Part shown: in pieces, positions 1 to 13,750 of the stretch
Layout: each line of letters begins with the position of its first letter
How positions within the stretch are numbered: the stretch's first letter is position 1
Origin: the human T2T-CHM13v2.0 reference genome, Homo sapiens
NCBI RefSeq assembly: GCF_009914755.1
Contig: NC_060940.1
Strand: one strand, 5' to 3'
DNA length: 64,000 nucleotides
Made by a program: the position numbers and the translations under genes
Notes under the pieces: model-generated
Seen by the model: only the letters and a program-made list of their open reading frames with translations
Databases searched by the model: none
Told to the model about the DNA's origin: nothing

Positions 1-613
1 TTGTCATCAAGGCAGATAAAGCACATCTGCAGTCAGCCAAGAATAATGTAGCAATGGCCCAATTGTGTCTGGGTCTGCATTTGACTAGCTGTATGCAGTT
101 CTCCAACCTGGACAAGGTCAGAATGAGTTCCTATCACCAGGCTTTATCAAGTAGCCATGAGTCTGGACAAAAGCAAATCATGCGTGTTCACTGCATCATT
201 GTTTGCAATGCTGAAGACTGGGAGTGGCCCAAATATTACTGGAAGGGGAATTGATACTTACACTATGGTGAATTCAAATAATGCAGCTCCATGCAAAGCG
301 TTCAGGCAAAACAGCTAGATCCATATGGAGTAACATGGCTAAATTGTACACATTTAGTGACACATGTAACTGTAATATAATTATTTATGTGTGTTTTATT
401 TATAAATTATATACATGTTCAATCATACTAGTATATTTTATACCTTCTAAAGTATATACTAGATGAAAATAAAAAAGAATGAGATGAAAAATAAAAATGA
501 AAATATTTTCTTGTTGACCCCAGTGGATTATGTTGCAGACATAAAATTTGAAGACCATAGCTCTCATATATAGTGTTAACTGAAAGGGACACAGTATCTA
601 GCATTTCCTCTAG

Positions 614-843
614 CAGAGGCATTGGCAAACGTTTTCTATGAAGGGCCAAATAGTAAATATTTTCAGCTTTTGGGCCAGACAGTCTCTGTCACAACTGAAA
701 ATACTCAACTCTGCCCTGGTAGTGTGAAAGTGGCTGTGGCAATATGTAAAGAAATGCACATGGCTGAGTTCCAATAAAACTTTGTTTACAAAAAGGACTG
801 CCTTTAGAATTTCACCTGTGGGTCATAGTTTTTTGACCACTGC
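614..843 (+). mobile_element. MER58A-like hAT-Charlie MITE
   Basis: Matches recalled MER58 landmarks: 'ggcaaacgttttctatgaagggccaaatagtaaatattttcagctttt', 'ttccaataaaactttgtttacaaaaa' and terminal 'catagttttttgaccactg'. Confidence 0.8.
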
Positions 844-2119
844 TCTGGTAAAATATCATTTGTATAAAAGCCAAAAAACACACGCAACTTACTTGAAGTT
901 TTCACAACTGTATAAATGTTTAACACTGAACTTGTATTGACAGAAAAGGGGAACAGAGTTCATTGCATCAAATTCCTGTTTGACAGCAGTAATGGTCATC
1001 TGTGTACTACTTAATGGCTTACACATTACTTTCTCAAACCTTATCTCTCTTGATCCTGATGATGACATTTCCAGATAAGGAAGGCAGGTAATATGATTTC
1101 CATTAGACTGATGAGAGAGATAAAAGGCCACAGGGTTGGTTTATAAGGTCTAGAGCCAAAGCTGGAATCTAGGACACGCGGCTCCACAATCTCATCTGAA
1201 TTTGACCAAACCACATTGCCTTGATTCTAGAAACATGTTTCCAACCAAAATTACCAAGGCTTCACATGAACTCAACATCCTCACCAGCATGTGGGTCATG
1301 GGAGTGTGCTAAGCGTCTAGAATGCAGGGATATGGATTGAATTGTTGATATTTTATTTGGGAAGTGTAAGTCCCCAGTGGTGAAGGGGAGGGAAAGGAAA
1401 TGATGCAAAGTATCTATGGAGATGGCCTCCTGGATTGACCACTGGTTCACAATGAGCCACGATGCAGCACAGCAGGACCCCAGAGTCAGTATATTTGCTT
1501 GGCACTCTGGACTTTTCCAGAAGAACTGTAAGGAGGGACCATATCATAGAGATGAGAGGGGAAAATTGTCTGTTTGGCTCTTTCCTGTCCTTTGCTTTCC
1601 ATTGATTTCAATGGGATAAAACAACATAGAAATTTCAGTAATCTTATCCTATAAATTTTGGTAATCTCCATTAGTGCTGTGGTTCAATCTGAGAAGACTA
1701 TCACCGGGGCTTCTGTTATGATCCCATGGGCAGTTTCTTCAATCACCTACAGGAGATAAAAGGGTGAGTGTTATAGGATGAAAATATCACCCTGCTTTGT
1801 ATATGTGTGTATTTTTAAATGAAACCTGTAGAATTGAAAAATTCAGAAAGTTATAAAGGATGTTGTTATAATTATCAGTGTATCTAATGGATGATGTCAG
1901 AACTATTGAAGTATCTACCTTATTTGTGATAATATATATTTTAAGATAATAAAACATGACAGGTAAAGATGAAGTCTCTTATGTTTTCCTCCCTATGCTT
2001 TCTTTTGAGGCAGCTGTTCCCATGAGTCTGAATGTATATAGTCCATGTTTCATACTTTTCCTATTATGTGTTTATGTTTGTGTATAGATATCTACACACA
2101 TATAGTAGGTGTATATATA

Positions 2120-3427
2120 CAAGGGAATTTCAAAAATTTCAAAGAAACTGCATATTGTAAATGAATTATGCATGCATGGAGTTTGAAGTTTTTTAGCAAC
2201 AAAAGAAACTCATGCTAACTTGTAATAACATGTCTGAACAGGATCTACTATGAGGCACTAAGAAGGATAAGACATCAATTTGAAAAGAGCCCCCATCAAA
2301 GCAACAGAATTCTGCAAAAATTGAGTCAAGAAGAAAATATTAAATTTATGGTGAAGCTGAAGTGGAAAAATGGGGAAATCACTGATCCTTTATAAAAAGT
2401 TTGTGAGGACAGTGCCCCCAAAGAAATCAGCAGTTTACAAATGGATAAGTCATTTTAAGAAGGGATGAGATGATGTTGCAGATGAAGCCCACAGCAGCAG
2501 ACCATCCACACCAATTTGCAAGGAAAAAATTTATCTTGTTCATGCCCTAATTGAAGAGGACTGATTATTAACAGCAGAAACAACAGCCAACATCATAGGC
2601 AGCTCACCTAGTCCAACTTACACAATTCCAACTGAAAAATAAAAGTTGAGCAGTTTCCCTCAATGGGTAACAAAACATTTGCACCCAGGTCAGCCACAGA
2701 CAGAAAGAGAACCTTCAATGGAAATTTTAAACAAGTGGGATTAAGATCCTGAAGCATTTCTCTGAAGAACTGTAGCAGGAGACAAAACATGGCTTTATCA
2801 GTACCATCCTGAAGACAAAGCACAATCACAGCAATGGCTACCAAGAGGTGGACATGGTCCATTCAAAGCCAAAGCAGACAAGTCAAGAACAAAGGTCATG
2901 GCAATCATTCTTTGGGATGCTTGAGGCATTTTGCTTGTTGACTTTCTGGAGGGCCAAAGAGCAGTAACATCTGCTTATTATGAGAGTGTGTAGGGAAAGT
3001 TGGCCAAAGCTTTAGCAGAAAGAAACCCAGGAAAGCTTCACCAGAGGGTCCTTCTCCACCATGATGATGTTCCTGCTCATTCCTCTCATCAGACAAGGGC
3101 AATTTTGCAAGAGTTTTCACAGAACATCTTTGGGCATCCACCTTACAGTCCTGATTTGGCAACTTCTGACTTCTTTTTGTTTCCTAATCTTAAAAAAAAA
3201 CCCATAAAAGGCCCCCAATTTTTTCTCAGTTAATATTGTAAAGAAGACTGCACTGATGCGGTTAAATTCACAGGACCCTCAGTTCTTTAAGGATCGACTA
3301 AGTGGCCAGTATCATTACTTACGAAACTGTCTTGATTTTGATGCAGCTTATCTTGAGAAATAAAGTTTATATTTTATATTTTAATCCTTTAATTCCATTT
3401 TTTCACAAACTTTTCAAAGTCCTTTTG
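2120..3427 (+). mobile_element. Full-length Hsmar2 (HSMAR2) mariner DNA transposon with decayed transposase
   Basis: About 1.3 kb, TA on both sides (2118-2119 and 3428-3429), degenerate inverted ends (caagggaatttcaaaaa... / ...ttttcaaagtccttttg). Transposase motifs: WVTKHL (WVPxxL), AGDKTW (TGDETW), HHDDVPAH (HDNA), HPPYSPDLATSDFFLF (ORF 3000-3233). Stops and frameshifts present. Confidence 0.93.
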
Positions 3428-5699
3428 TATAATAGTGTGTAGAGTACATATATATATTGTATGGTAGAGTGTATATATATACAGTGTGCACATATATGTA
3501 TTTATGTGTATGTATGTGTTTGTGTGTGTGCATATATAAAATACCTAAATAAGAGAAAAACTCAAATGCTTAACAACATGATACTATTCAAATAAATTAA
3601 AGCCAACCCACACTATGAAATATTACATAGAAATTTAAAAAATTATAGGCAGAACTATACATTCATGAAAATATGTGAGTTTTGTTATTAAATAAACCAA
3701 AGCAAGTTACTGACCAGTAAGTATTGTCTGATGCCATTTGTTTACCATGCTTCTTACATTCATAGAATGTATCTAGAAGGATTTAAAAGAAATTATTTAT
3801 TAGTAGTTTGGGATTGGAAAGTAGACAAGTGGATAATTTTTTTTCCTTTCATCTTTTACCCCTTAAAAATAGCACATATTATTTTTCTAATTAGAAAATA
3901 CCAATAAAAAGAAAGGGCTGCAGCAGTAATTCCCTCAGTAAAAGCAGCAAAAGAGACACTCCAGGCTTGAGGCAGGGGAAGGAGCCTTGTAGAATGACAT
4001 CAAAGGGTGGTACAGTTCTGGGAATCAAGAGAAGTGAATTTGAGTCCTGCTTCTGCCACGAAATATCAGGTGTCCCTGGGCAAGGTAAGCTCACCTGGCA
4101 AGGAGGTTCATCCCTGATCAGTCACCTCCCTACACTGATTTCTCTCCCCACCACCCACCATGGCCTGTAGACCCTTGCTCATTCTAGGTTGCTTTGTCCC
4201 TTTGTGCTTGGACTCAAGCCTGTACTCCTGCCTGGATGCTTTCTGCCAATCATTAGCCTGACTAACCACAGATACCATCACCCCAAAGAAGCTGAGGACC
4301 ACCCTCTTGCTTCCCAGGGCACCTGCTGCATTCTGCCACTGTGCAGGGGCATTGTCTGTGCACCACCTGCCTCTCCCCTTATGCCACCCTCATGCCCGAA
4401 CTCTCAGCTCCTAGAAGGCAAGCATCTATGGCTGATTTACCTTTGTGCCTGGCCTAGGGTACACTTTAGCAAAGGTACTTTTTGGCTAAATATTTAAACG
4501 TTGTTCCAGTCACCTTCTCTATAAAATGAGGGAGGTGAATCATTAATTCAATTCAGCAGGTACTTACCAACACCTATACCCTCCCAGGCACCTTGTCTGA
4601 CTCTGGGAAGTCCAGAAAGGTAGGTGTAGCCCTCTAGTAAGGAGGATGAGCTAAGGCCCCTAAAATCCAGTTTTCTGATTCTCATAACCAAAATTTAAAA
4701 GATATGCATTCAATTCTTGGCTTTGCCCTGACTTGTTGAATAATCCTGGGAATATCATTTTAGCTTCATGGGGAAGGTCCTAGTAGGAAACACATTGAAT
4801 AAGGTAGCCTGAACTCACCAAGGCAAGGAGGAAGAGAGTACTGCTTTTCCTGATATACAATACACTGTTACAGGGTTTACTGCTCTCTAATCATGCAATC
4901 TACATAATTTATCCTTTTAAAATGAGCCATAATCCCCAAAGAGTGCTTCCCTATTGATATCAAACATAAGAGCGTATTTTTAAGGCCATGGCAACATCAC
5001 TGCTATACATTAACCTACACAAAATCAATCCATTTCCAAGTTAAGCACAGCCCTAAAAAATCACTAATGGAGCTCAGTGCAGTCTGTTCATGCGATGTGC
5101 AGTCAGGAATCATGCATAATGTAATAGTGCAAATGCTAAAAGCAGCTCCCACAAACTAATTTAATCTTGGTTTAATGGACGTAGGGAACTGATCCTCAAA
5201 AGAGACTGCCAATGAGATTCTTGGGGGCCTCCCAGCAGCCTGAGAGTAAGCTCCAATATTAGCTTTTGGTTAGTACCCTCTTTCAACTAGCGTCTATTAA
5301 AGGCAATCCAATATGGTCATTGAAATTATGAATAACTTGTGTCGATTTTCATGGTGTATGTAATAGAGATGTCTTCCATGTGTTCGTGTAGATCTCTAAG
5401 ATTGAAATCTTGTACTCTGTACCTTTTAGTCCATGTGCTTCCACCTCAGTCAAGAGAATCTTTTACACTTTGGAAGATCAGAAAGCTAAATGATATCCAC
5501 AGCCCTCAGGCCATGCCGGAGAGACAGTGTCTGAACAAAGATCGAGGATGTGAAACTTGTATACAATCAAAGGGATTAGAATCACACTGCTGTAGCTTGT
5601 CTCCCAGGGACCTTCAAAGCTCCTATATATGCACCTTCCATGTCACATGATTAGAGTAGGAAGAGCATTTGCCCACACAAACATGAGCTTGTGTGAATG

Positions 5700-5722
5700 C
5701 ACACACAAACACACACACACAC
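5700..5722. repeat. (CA)n microsatellite, interrupted
   Basis: cacacacaaacacacacacacac. Confidence 0.85.
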
Positions 5723-5959
5723 AAAGACTCTTCACCACCCATGAGTCAGGTTTACATCAGATGTTTTAACATCAAATCTAGCTAAATGGATTGTAGAATA
5801 TCCAAATTTAGGGACCTTGGAATACATTTAGTTCAAGCCACATATTTCAAATTAATGTGCTGATTGGCTTTGGACTTTTACATGAGAAAAGCACAGGAAA
5901 GGAAGCGTTGATGGGCAGACAGAATGTACAATGTACTGGTCAAAGTGTGGCAGCAGAGG

Positions 5960-6490
5960 GTGGGACCTGGAAATGGGAAGAAGTGATGAAGGAAGGTTTA
6001 GGGGATGATATCAAAATTTTGCAAGTCAAGGGAAAGTGGAGGAAATAAGAAATAGAAGTTAAATAATGTTATTTAGAGTTAGAGAGGCAACTAATAGAAT
6101 GTAATTATATAAAGTTCAAACAGGAGGAGGAAATCAAGGGGACAGGTCAGCATGAACACGCTGAATCCTCATCTTCCATATTAAGGAGTTAATAGATATT
6201 GACTGAGTGATAAATCAAGCAATGGAGTTGTGAAAGTAGCTGCCAGAAGAACTAAAAACAAATGTTATGTAGATTTTGTCTCTATAGTGTAGAACTGGAG
6301 GTGATGAGGAGTTATTTTCTTATGTGTCTATGTCATTTAATTTGTTATAATGCATCAACTATAATTTGATTTTTAGAATTTAAGTGAGTGCTCCTGGGAA
6401 GCTGAGGTGAGAACAGGGAGGGACAGAACAAGACAATGTTGGTTTTCCTTAAAAGCAGCTGGACTATTTGTGAAAAACCATGAGCATGTA
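5960..6490 (+). mobile_element. Ancient HAL1/L1MC-like fragment
   Basis: 'aatcctcatcttccata...aatagatatt...gataaatcaag...ccagaagaactaaaa' resembles HAL1/L1MC4a 3' sequence; heavily diverged. Confidence 0.4.
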
Positions 6491-6511
6491 TAGTATGATG
6501 CCTCATTTTCT

Positions 6512-7274
6512 TTTGTTTTTTCATTTAACTTTTATTTTAAGTTCAGAGGTACATGTGCAGGTTTGTGATACAGAAAAATGTATGTCACCGAGGTTTGCTG
6601 TACAGATTATTTTATCACCCAGATATTAAGCCGAGTATCCATTAGTTGTTTTTCCTGATCTTCCCCCTCCTCCTACCCTCCACCCTCCAGGAGGCCCCAC
6701 TGCCTGTTGCTTCTCTCTGGGTGTTCATGTGTTCTCATCATTTAGCTCCCATTTATAAGTGAGAACATGTGGTTTTTGGTTTTCTGTTCCTGCATTAGTT
6801 TGCTAAGGATAACAGCCTCCAGCTCCATCCATGTCCCTGCAAAGAAGGACATGATCTTGTTTGGTTTTATGGCTGCATAGTATTCCATAGTGTTTATGTG
6901 CCACATTTTCTTTATCCAGTCTAGTATTGAAGAGCATTTAGGTTGATTCTATGTCTTTGCTATTGTGAATAATGCTGCAATGAACATACTCGTGCATGTG
7001 TCTTTATGTCAGAATGATTTGTATTCCTTTGGGGATATACCCAGTAATGAGATTGCTGAGTCGAATGGTTATTTCTTTTTTCAGGTCTTTGAGAAATCAC
7101 TACACTGTCTTAACACAATGGTTGAACTAAATTACACTCCCACCAACAGTGCATAAGAATTCCTTTTTCTCTGCAACCTCACCAGAATCTGTTATTTTTT
7201 GACTTTTAAATAACAGCCATTCTGACTGGTGTGAAATGGTATCTCATTGTGGTTTGATTTGCATATCTCTAATG
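6512..7274 (-). mobile_element. 5'-truncated L1PA (L1PA13-16-like) 3' end with 17-bp TSD
   Basis: Antisense L1 3'UTR and ORF2 tail (tttattttaagttcagaggtacatgtgcagg...gtggtttgatttgcat). TSD atgatgcctcattttct (6495-6511) / atgatgccttattttct (7275-7291). Confidence 0.9.
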
Positions 7275-7354
7275 ATGATGCCTTATTTTCTCTGTACAAT
7301 TGAAAACAAATTGAAAATTTACACAATAAACTTTTAACTGTGAATATCTCTAGA

Positions 7355-7553
7355 ATAATATTTTAACACACTTTCTATGATAATAAAAATGTTCTATTTC
7401 TGCACTGTTCAATATAGTAGCCACTAACCACAGGTGACTTGAGCAGTTAAAATGTGGCTAGTGCAACTAACTTATTTTTAATGTAATTCATTTTAATTAA
7501 TTTAAATTGAAAAAGTGACATGTAGCTAGTAGATACCATATAGGGTAGCACAG
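7355..7553 (+). mobile_element. MER3-like hAT-Charlie MITE
   Basis: 'gttctatttctgcactgttcaatatagtagccactaaccac...aatgtggctagtgcaact...ttttaattaatttaaatt...catgtagctagt'. Confidence 0.8.
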
Positions 7554-8254
7554 CTAGAGAATCAGATGGAGGTGTACAAAAGTTTTTTATATCACTTTCT
7601 ACATTTCTGTATTGTTTGAAATTCTTTCAATATGAACATAATACTTTTATAATTTAAAAATCCCAGACCTTTTTAATTTGAAACAAAAAATAAAAGGAAG
7701 AAAAATGAAGCAACCATAAAATAATGCATTGGAAAGTAAGAATTCTACGAAGTGTATTAAAATATTCTGAGAAAAGTAACCAAATAGATAAACAAATACA
7801 TAGTCTTTGGGATGCCTTTGATCTCTGAACTTTTACATGATGCAAAATGCAAAGCAAATATCTTTGCATCATCTCCTTATACTGTAAGCACTTAGATTTC
7901 AGCTCTCTCTGCTCTGCTAAGCTAATTACTATTCTTTCTTCTCCTTTCAGTCTTTCAAAAACACAGTGACATCTCTTATCTGCAGCCCTTCCTCTCTCAT
8001 TTTATGTCTTTGTAGGTATAGATCTAGATACATGGTTATATAATTTTTATTCCTTTACTCCCATGTGAGTAACAGAGTATAAATATACACGTATGTTCTA
8101 TTTACCATGTTTGCTACAACCCAAGAGGAAGAAACTTACCAAGGTTTAGTGGCAATATGACCTAGATCTTCTAATCCCTACACCTGACCCCTTTCCATTT
8201 ATCAAGCTGTTACACCATCTGGAATCTGATCATCTCTAATTATCAGACAAAACA

Positions 8255-8432
8255 ATGACTCTGCTACTTTTTAGCTATCGAACTTCAATAAGTCACTTAA
8301 TCAGCTTCCTCAACTATAAAATTAAAATAAACATTGAACTGATCTCATAGGGTTTGAAATGAGATATTGCACAGGAAGTGCTTAGCCCACACATGTCAAA
8401 TAGGAAGCACTTAATAAATGGTAGCTATTGTT
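8255..8432 (+). mobile_element. MIR SINE fragment
   Basis: 'agtcacttaa...cttcctcaactataaaat...ctcatagggtt...gcacttaataaatggtagctatt' MIR core and 3' end. Confidence 0.75.
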
Positions 8433-8829
8433 TTTTAAAATATAACAAAACTAAGAATTCTCTGCCTTGACTATACAAGGCAAGAGATTTCCAATCTTCT
8501 AATACTTAAAATATCAATCTATCCTTTCTCTTTTCTTTTGTGGCCTGCCAATCACTACAGACTTGTTATAAAATTATAGTTACTTTTAGAGAAATGGCAG
8601 CCAGTACTAAAAAGATGAAAAATTATGGTGGTAGGCAGTATTCCTCAATCCAATATGACTTATATAAGCAGGAAATGGGTCGTTTGATGGTGTAGCTCAT
8701 CTCCTTACACAGAGTAGATACATCCAGGTTAAAAAAAATTGCATCCATCATACGTGAAGAGGCCATTAGAAGAGATCCTTGTCCAGGTCACAAAATGGTG
8801 ACCATTCCCAAGACTATGTTTCTTTTTCC

Positions 8830-10030
<1,201 letters not shown>

Positions 10031-10061
10031 ATTTAGAGGTAGGGATTGGGGATGAAATGGG

Positions 10062-10530
10062 CCTAGTAGTCCCATAGACCATTATTTTTGGATAAACATA
10101 CAAATTGACCCTTCCGCTGTCAAAGCTTGAAACTTTTATTTGTTTTATCTGAGTTTCTTCCTCAGGAAAGGACCTTCAGGCCTCTCAAAAAACTATCAAG
10201 TACTGAAGCTCACCAGATCAATGCACTAGATGCCTCCTTGCCCCGCCCTAGTTCTTGTTTTCTTAAACATTGTTACATTTTTCCCTGCTAAATATATATA
10301 TTTTTCCCTTAGTTTTAGTCAGTCAGGGAGATGGATAGAAAACAATTGAAAATTTATACCATAAGCTTTTACCTGTGAATATCTCTCTCACAGTTTTAAC
10401 TGGACTCCCATCTCATTGGCTGTGGCACCCAATTAAAGACTTCTTCCTTGGCAATACGTGTCATCTCAATGATTGGCTTTCTGTGTGGCAAGCAGCAGGA
10501 CCTAGATTAACCACTGGTGTTTTGGCAGCA
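10062..10530 (+). mobile_element. MER39/MER34-family ERV1 LTR with ~60-bp internal insertion
   Basis: 'ttggataaacatacaaattgaccc...aagcttgaaactt...ttcctcaggaaaggacc' and 3' 'attaaagacttcttccttggcaatac...gattggctttctgtg...gcagcaggacctaga'. Confidence 0.75.
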
Positions 10531-11079
10531 GGGACAATGAATGCCCTCCATAACTCTAGACCTACCTTTTTCAATATTCCCTTTTAATGCTAGCTAAAGG
10601 GCCTGCACATTCATGGAGTTTTTTCTAGAGCTCCTCAGCCATCAGTGATTTTCTCCTCTAACTTCTTAAAGGTCATTTTACAAAGTAAAAATGGAATAAT
10701 ATAGTCCATAATGTTTTGACATATCCTTTTCTTTAGCTATATATTGTAAATCTTTTTATGTCAAAGAGTTTATACATGTATCATTTTCATTTAATGCAAT
10801 ATTCCCATGTATATCTTATATACTTTTTTTTATCAATCCTTTATTGGTATCAGCTATTATCGTGGCTTTAACAACCCTTTGCATTGTTCTATAGTTATTT
10901 GTTTTATCATCTTTCTTTTCCAAAAAAAGTCCTTAGTTTCTACTCTCTTAGAAATACCAAACAAGAGAATAGAATAGTCAGAAGATTACATGCCATTTTA
11001 AATACATACTTATTGTGTATCTATTGGTAGTGAAGGAGGTATATATACTTATAAATATCAACACATTGATTGATGTATT

Positions 11080-11438
11080 TGCCTTAGCTCTGCTATATGC
11101 AGGAACAAATTAGCACCAAATGTCAGCAGCTAAACCCAACAAATATATATTTCCTTCTCATGGGAAGTCCAACATGGGACCAGTGGTCTTTCTCATTCAA
11201 CTCTTCCATATGGAATACATCAATTCCAAAATTGTCTTTGCAGAAAAGGAGAAAGATGAAGGAAGTACACACACAGTTAGAGATCTTAGCTCAGAAATGA
11301 CATGCATCTCTTCTATTCACAGTCCATTGGCCAGAATTGATCCCACTGGGATCTCATGGCCCCAACCCAATTGCAGAGGGGACTAGGAACTGAGGCAAGT
11401 GCACTGAGATTCAGTGAGCATTATTTGCCTCTGCATAC
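11080..11438 (-). mobile_element. Old MaLR LTR (MLT1I/J/K-like)
   Basis: 'ctcagaaatgacatgcatctcttctattcacagtccattggccagaa...catggccccaacccaattgcagagggg' antisense MLT1 landmarks. Confidence 0.65.
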
Positions 11439-11484
11439 TTGGCTTCAGTGTTTGGGGAATTTCCCAAGTATCAACTCATGTCTA

Positions 11485-11650
11485 TCTATGATCTAGGTGG
11501 CTATCATTATCTCAGTCTTCCAGATGAAGAAAATAAGTTCAGAGAATTTAGGCAACTTGCCTAGGGTTACTCAGCCGGTAAGTGGTAGAGCTGGGATTTA
11601 AAGCTCATCTGTCTGAATCTGAATTCTGTAGTCTTAATGAGTAGATTATG
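11485..11650 (-). mobile_element. MIR SINE
   Basis: 'cagatgaagaaaataagttcagaga...aacttgcctagggttactcagccggtaagtggtagagctgggattt'. Confidence 0.8.
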
Positions 11651-12508
11651 AAAAATTGATTTATTAAATTGCATAAAGAGAAACTCTAATTAAAAAATAG
11701 TTATGGGGTTGTAAGCCATGGAAATCTACCCATACATGGGTAAATGATCTCTTACTGACCAAAATGCAATGCTAAGCTCCTGTGCACACACTTAGTACAT
11801 ACTTACGGATTGAATGGTAAGGTCTAAACCAACTTGTGCATTTTTAAAAATAAGCCAAGATTCGATTCTATGAGGAAACCGTATTTATCTCCTGATAGCA
11901 ACTAAAGTGAAAATGACTAAGAGCAATAAAAATCCATTTTGCTATTTAGTACAGTTTGTCAGACTAGAGAAATGGGATTGAATTTCAAAGCCACAGGCAA
12001 GCTGGCTGCAATCTGCAGCTACACAGTTGATGGGGTTTTTTTTCTTCTTTATTTACAACTCTTTTGATAAGCCTTCAGCAAGTTACATAGGTTGTTCTAG
12101 TTGTATCTCGTTTGACTGGATTAGAATACTTGATGACAGTTTGGATAAGTTTGAGGCAGATGGTTCTTGACATTTTTCATGGCATCAGTTACAAACCATG
12201 CAAGAAACTCTTTCATCCTTTGTTTATCCTTCACTTAGAAGCCACTATAGTAGATCGTTTAACTTTCATTTTTCACAGTGCTGATTAAGGCATACTACAA
12301 GGCAGATGTTATTCCGTACCATTTTTAACAATTTACATTTAGCACCAAAGCTGGCTTTGTACTTGTTCCAGTAGATCAATTCACTTTTTTAAAACTTCAA
12401 GGTCAATCTCTGTAACACTGTGACTCCCTTAACAATTTAATGTTTCATAAACTTCTCTTGGTTACAGAAGCCCTGCCACCATCCCATTTATAAGTGTTTG
12501 CTAGTCAA

Positions 12509-12542
12509 CACACACACACACATACACACACACACACACACA
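12509..12542. repeat. (CA)n microsatellite
   Basis: About 17 CA units with one TA interruption. Confidence 0.9.
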
Positions 12543-13750
12543 AGACAATTCAATAGTTTCCTTCCTCAACAGAGTCAAACCATTATTTAAGAGGCAGTTC
12601 ATTAAACAAAGAGAAGAGTCTCTAAAAAAGAGTCTGAATTTAACCTGTCAGAATATCTTAATTTTTGCTAAAACAGTTCTAGAACCAGAAGTGATTGACA
12701 GTCCTGAAGTATTCTTTGCTCCTCACAGCTGAGATGCAGAACAAAGAGTAAGAAACATTTCCCTTTTCTTTTTCATGTTTTAGTGATTTAGCAAATTATA
12801 TCCTATTTAATTCAACCTAAGACAAATAAAAGTAGATAAAAGCATCTTTAGATACAATGCAATGTTGACAAATATGCTCATTAAACACAAATTGTGACAA
12901 AATTCAATTGTACCTTAGGAAAGCACAACCTTTCACTTTCTCTCTGGAATAACTTTAAAGTTCCATCCTCTTTACATACAAAAGATAACATCTTGCTCAG
13001 GAAAACAAGTGTGTGGAAAATCTGGAAAACAGTCTACATGAATTATGTTCATGTGTGTTCCCTACCTCATTAGAAAGTAAGGAGTTGAGACAGGATTATG
13101 GGACATGTAAGCCGGAGAGTTTTTTCTTTAAGAGGAAAAGAACAAAAAATAAACAGCAATAACAACAAATGAGTAAATGGAGGGATCCATGATCTCCTTC
13201 ATTCTGCCATTTGCAGAACCAATCCACAAATAAGGAATCATCCTTAAGGGCTAAATGGAACTTTGAAAGATCATCTGGTCAAGCCCCTTGGATAAAATAC
13301 AGTAATTGGAAAACCAACCTCTCTCTTTTCCCCCTTTTACTTGCTGAGGGAAGAGGCAAGGAGGAGGTAGAGAGGAAATAATTTTACTTTTTAAAGTACC
13401 ACTTCCAAACCAGTCTTTTTGTAACTCAGGGTAACCATCACGGGGTAGCCTGCTCTCTAACAAGCCCGTTTCTTAAATGTGGGCGAGCCTAAGGCAGAAT
13501 CTGAAAGTTGCAATAAACAAAGAAAAACTGAGGCTGATTTGCATATTAATAGGCAAGGGAATCTGTCTAGATCAAGTGCACTTTCAAAAGTGGTTCTCTT
13601 TCTTATTGTGTTTTAACTAATGTGGGTCTCTGTCTAATAGTATTTGCCTTTTGTTGTGTGTGGTCATAGACTTTAACTTACTTGAACAATTCAATAATGT
13701 ATTGAGAGGAGGGAGTACAGGAAATAAGGCAAGCAGGTGTTAAGGGGAGT

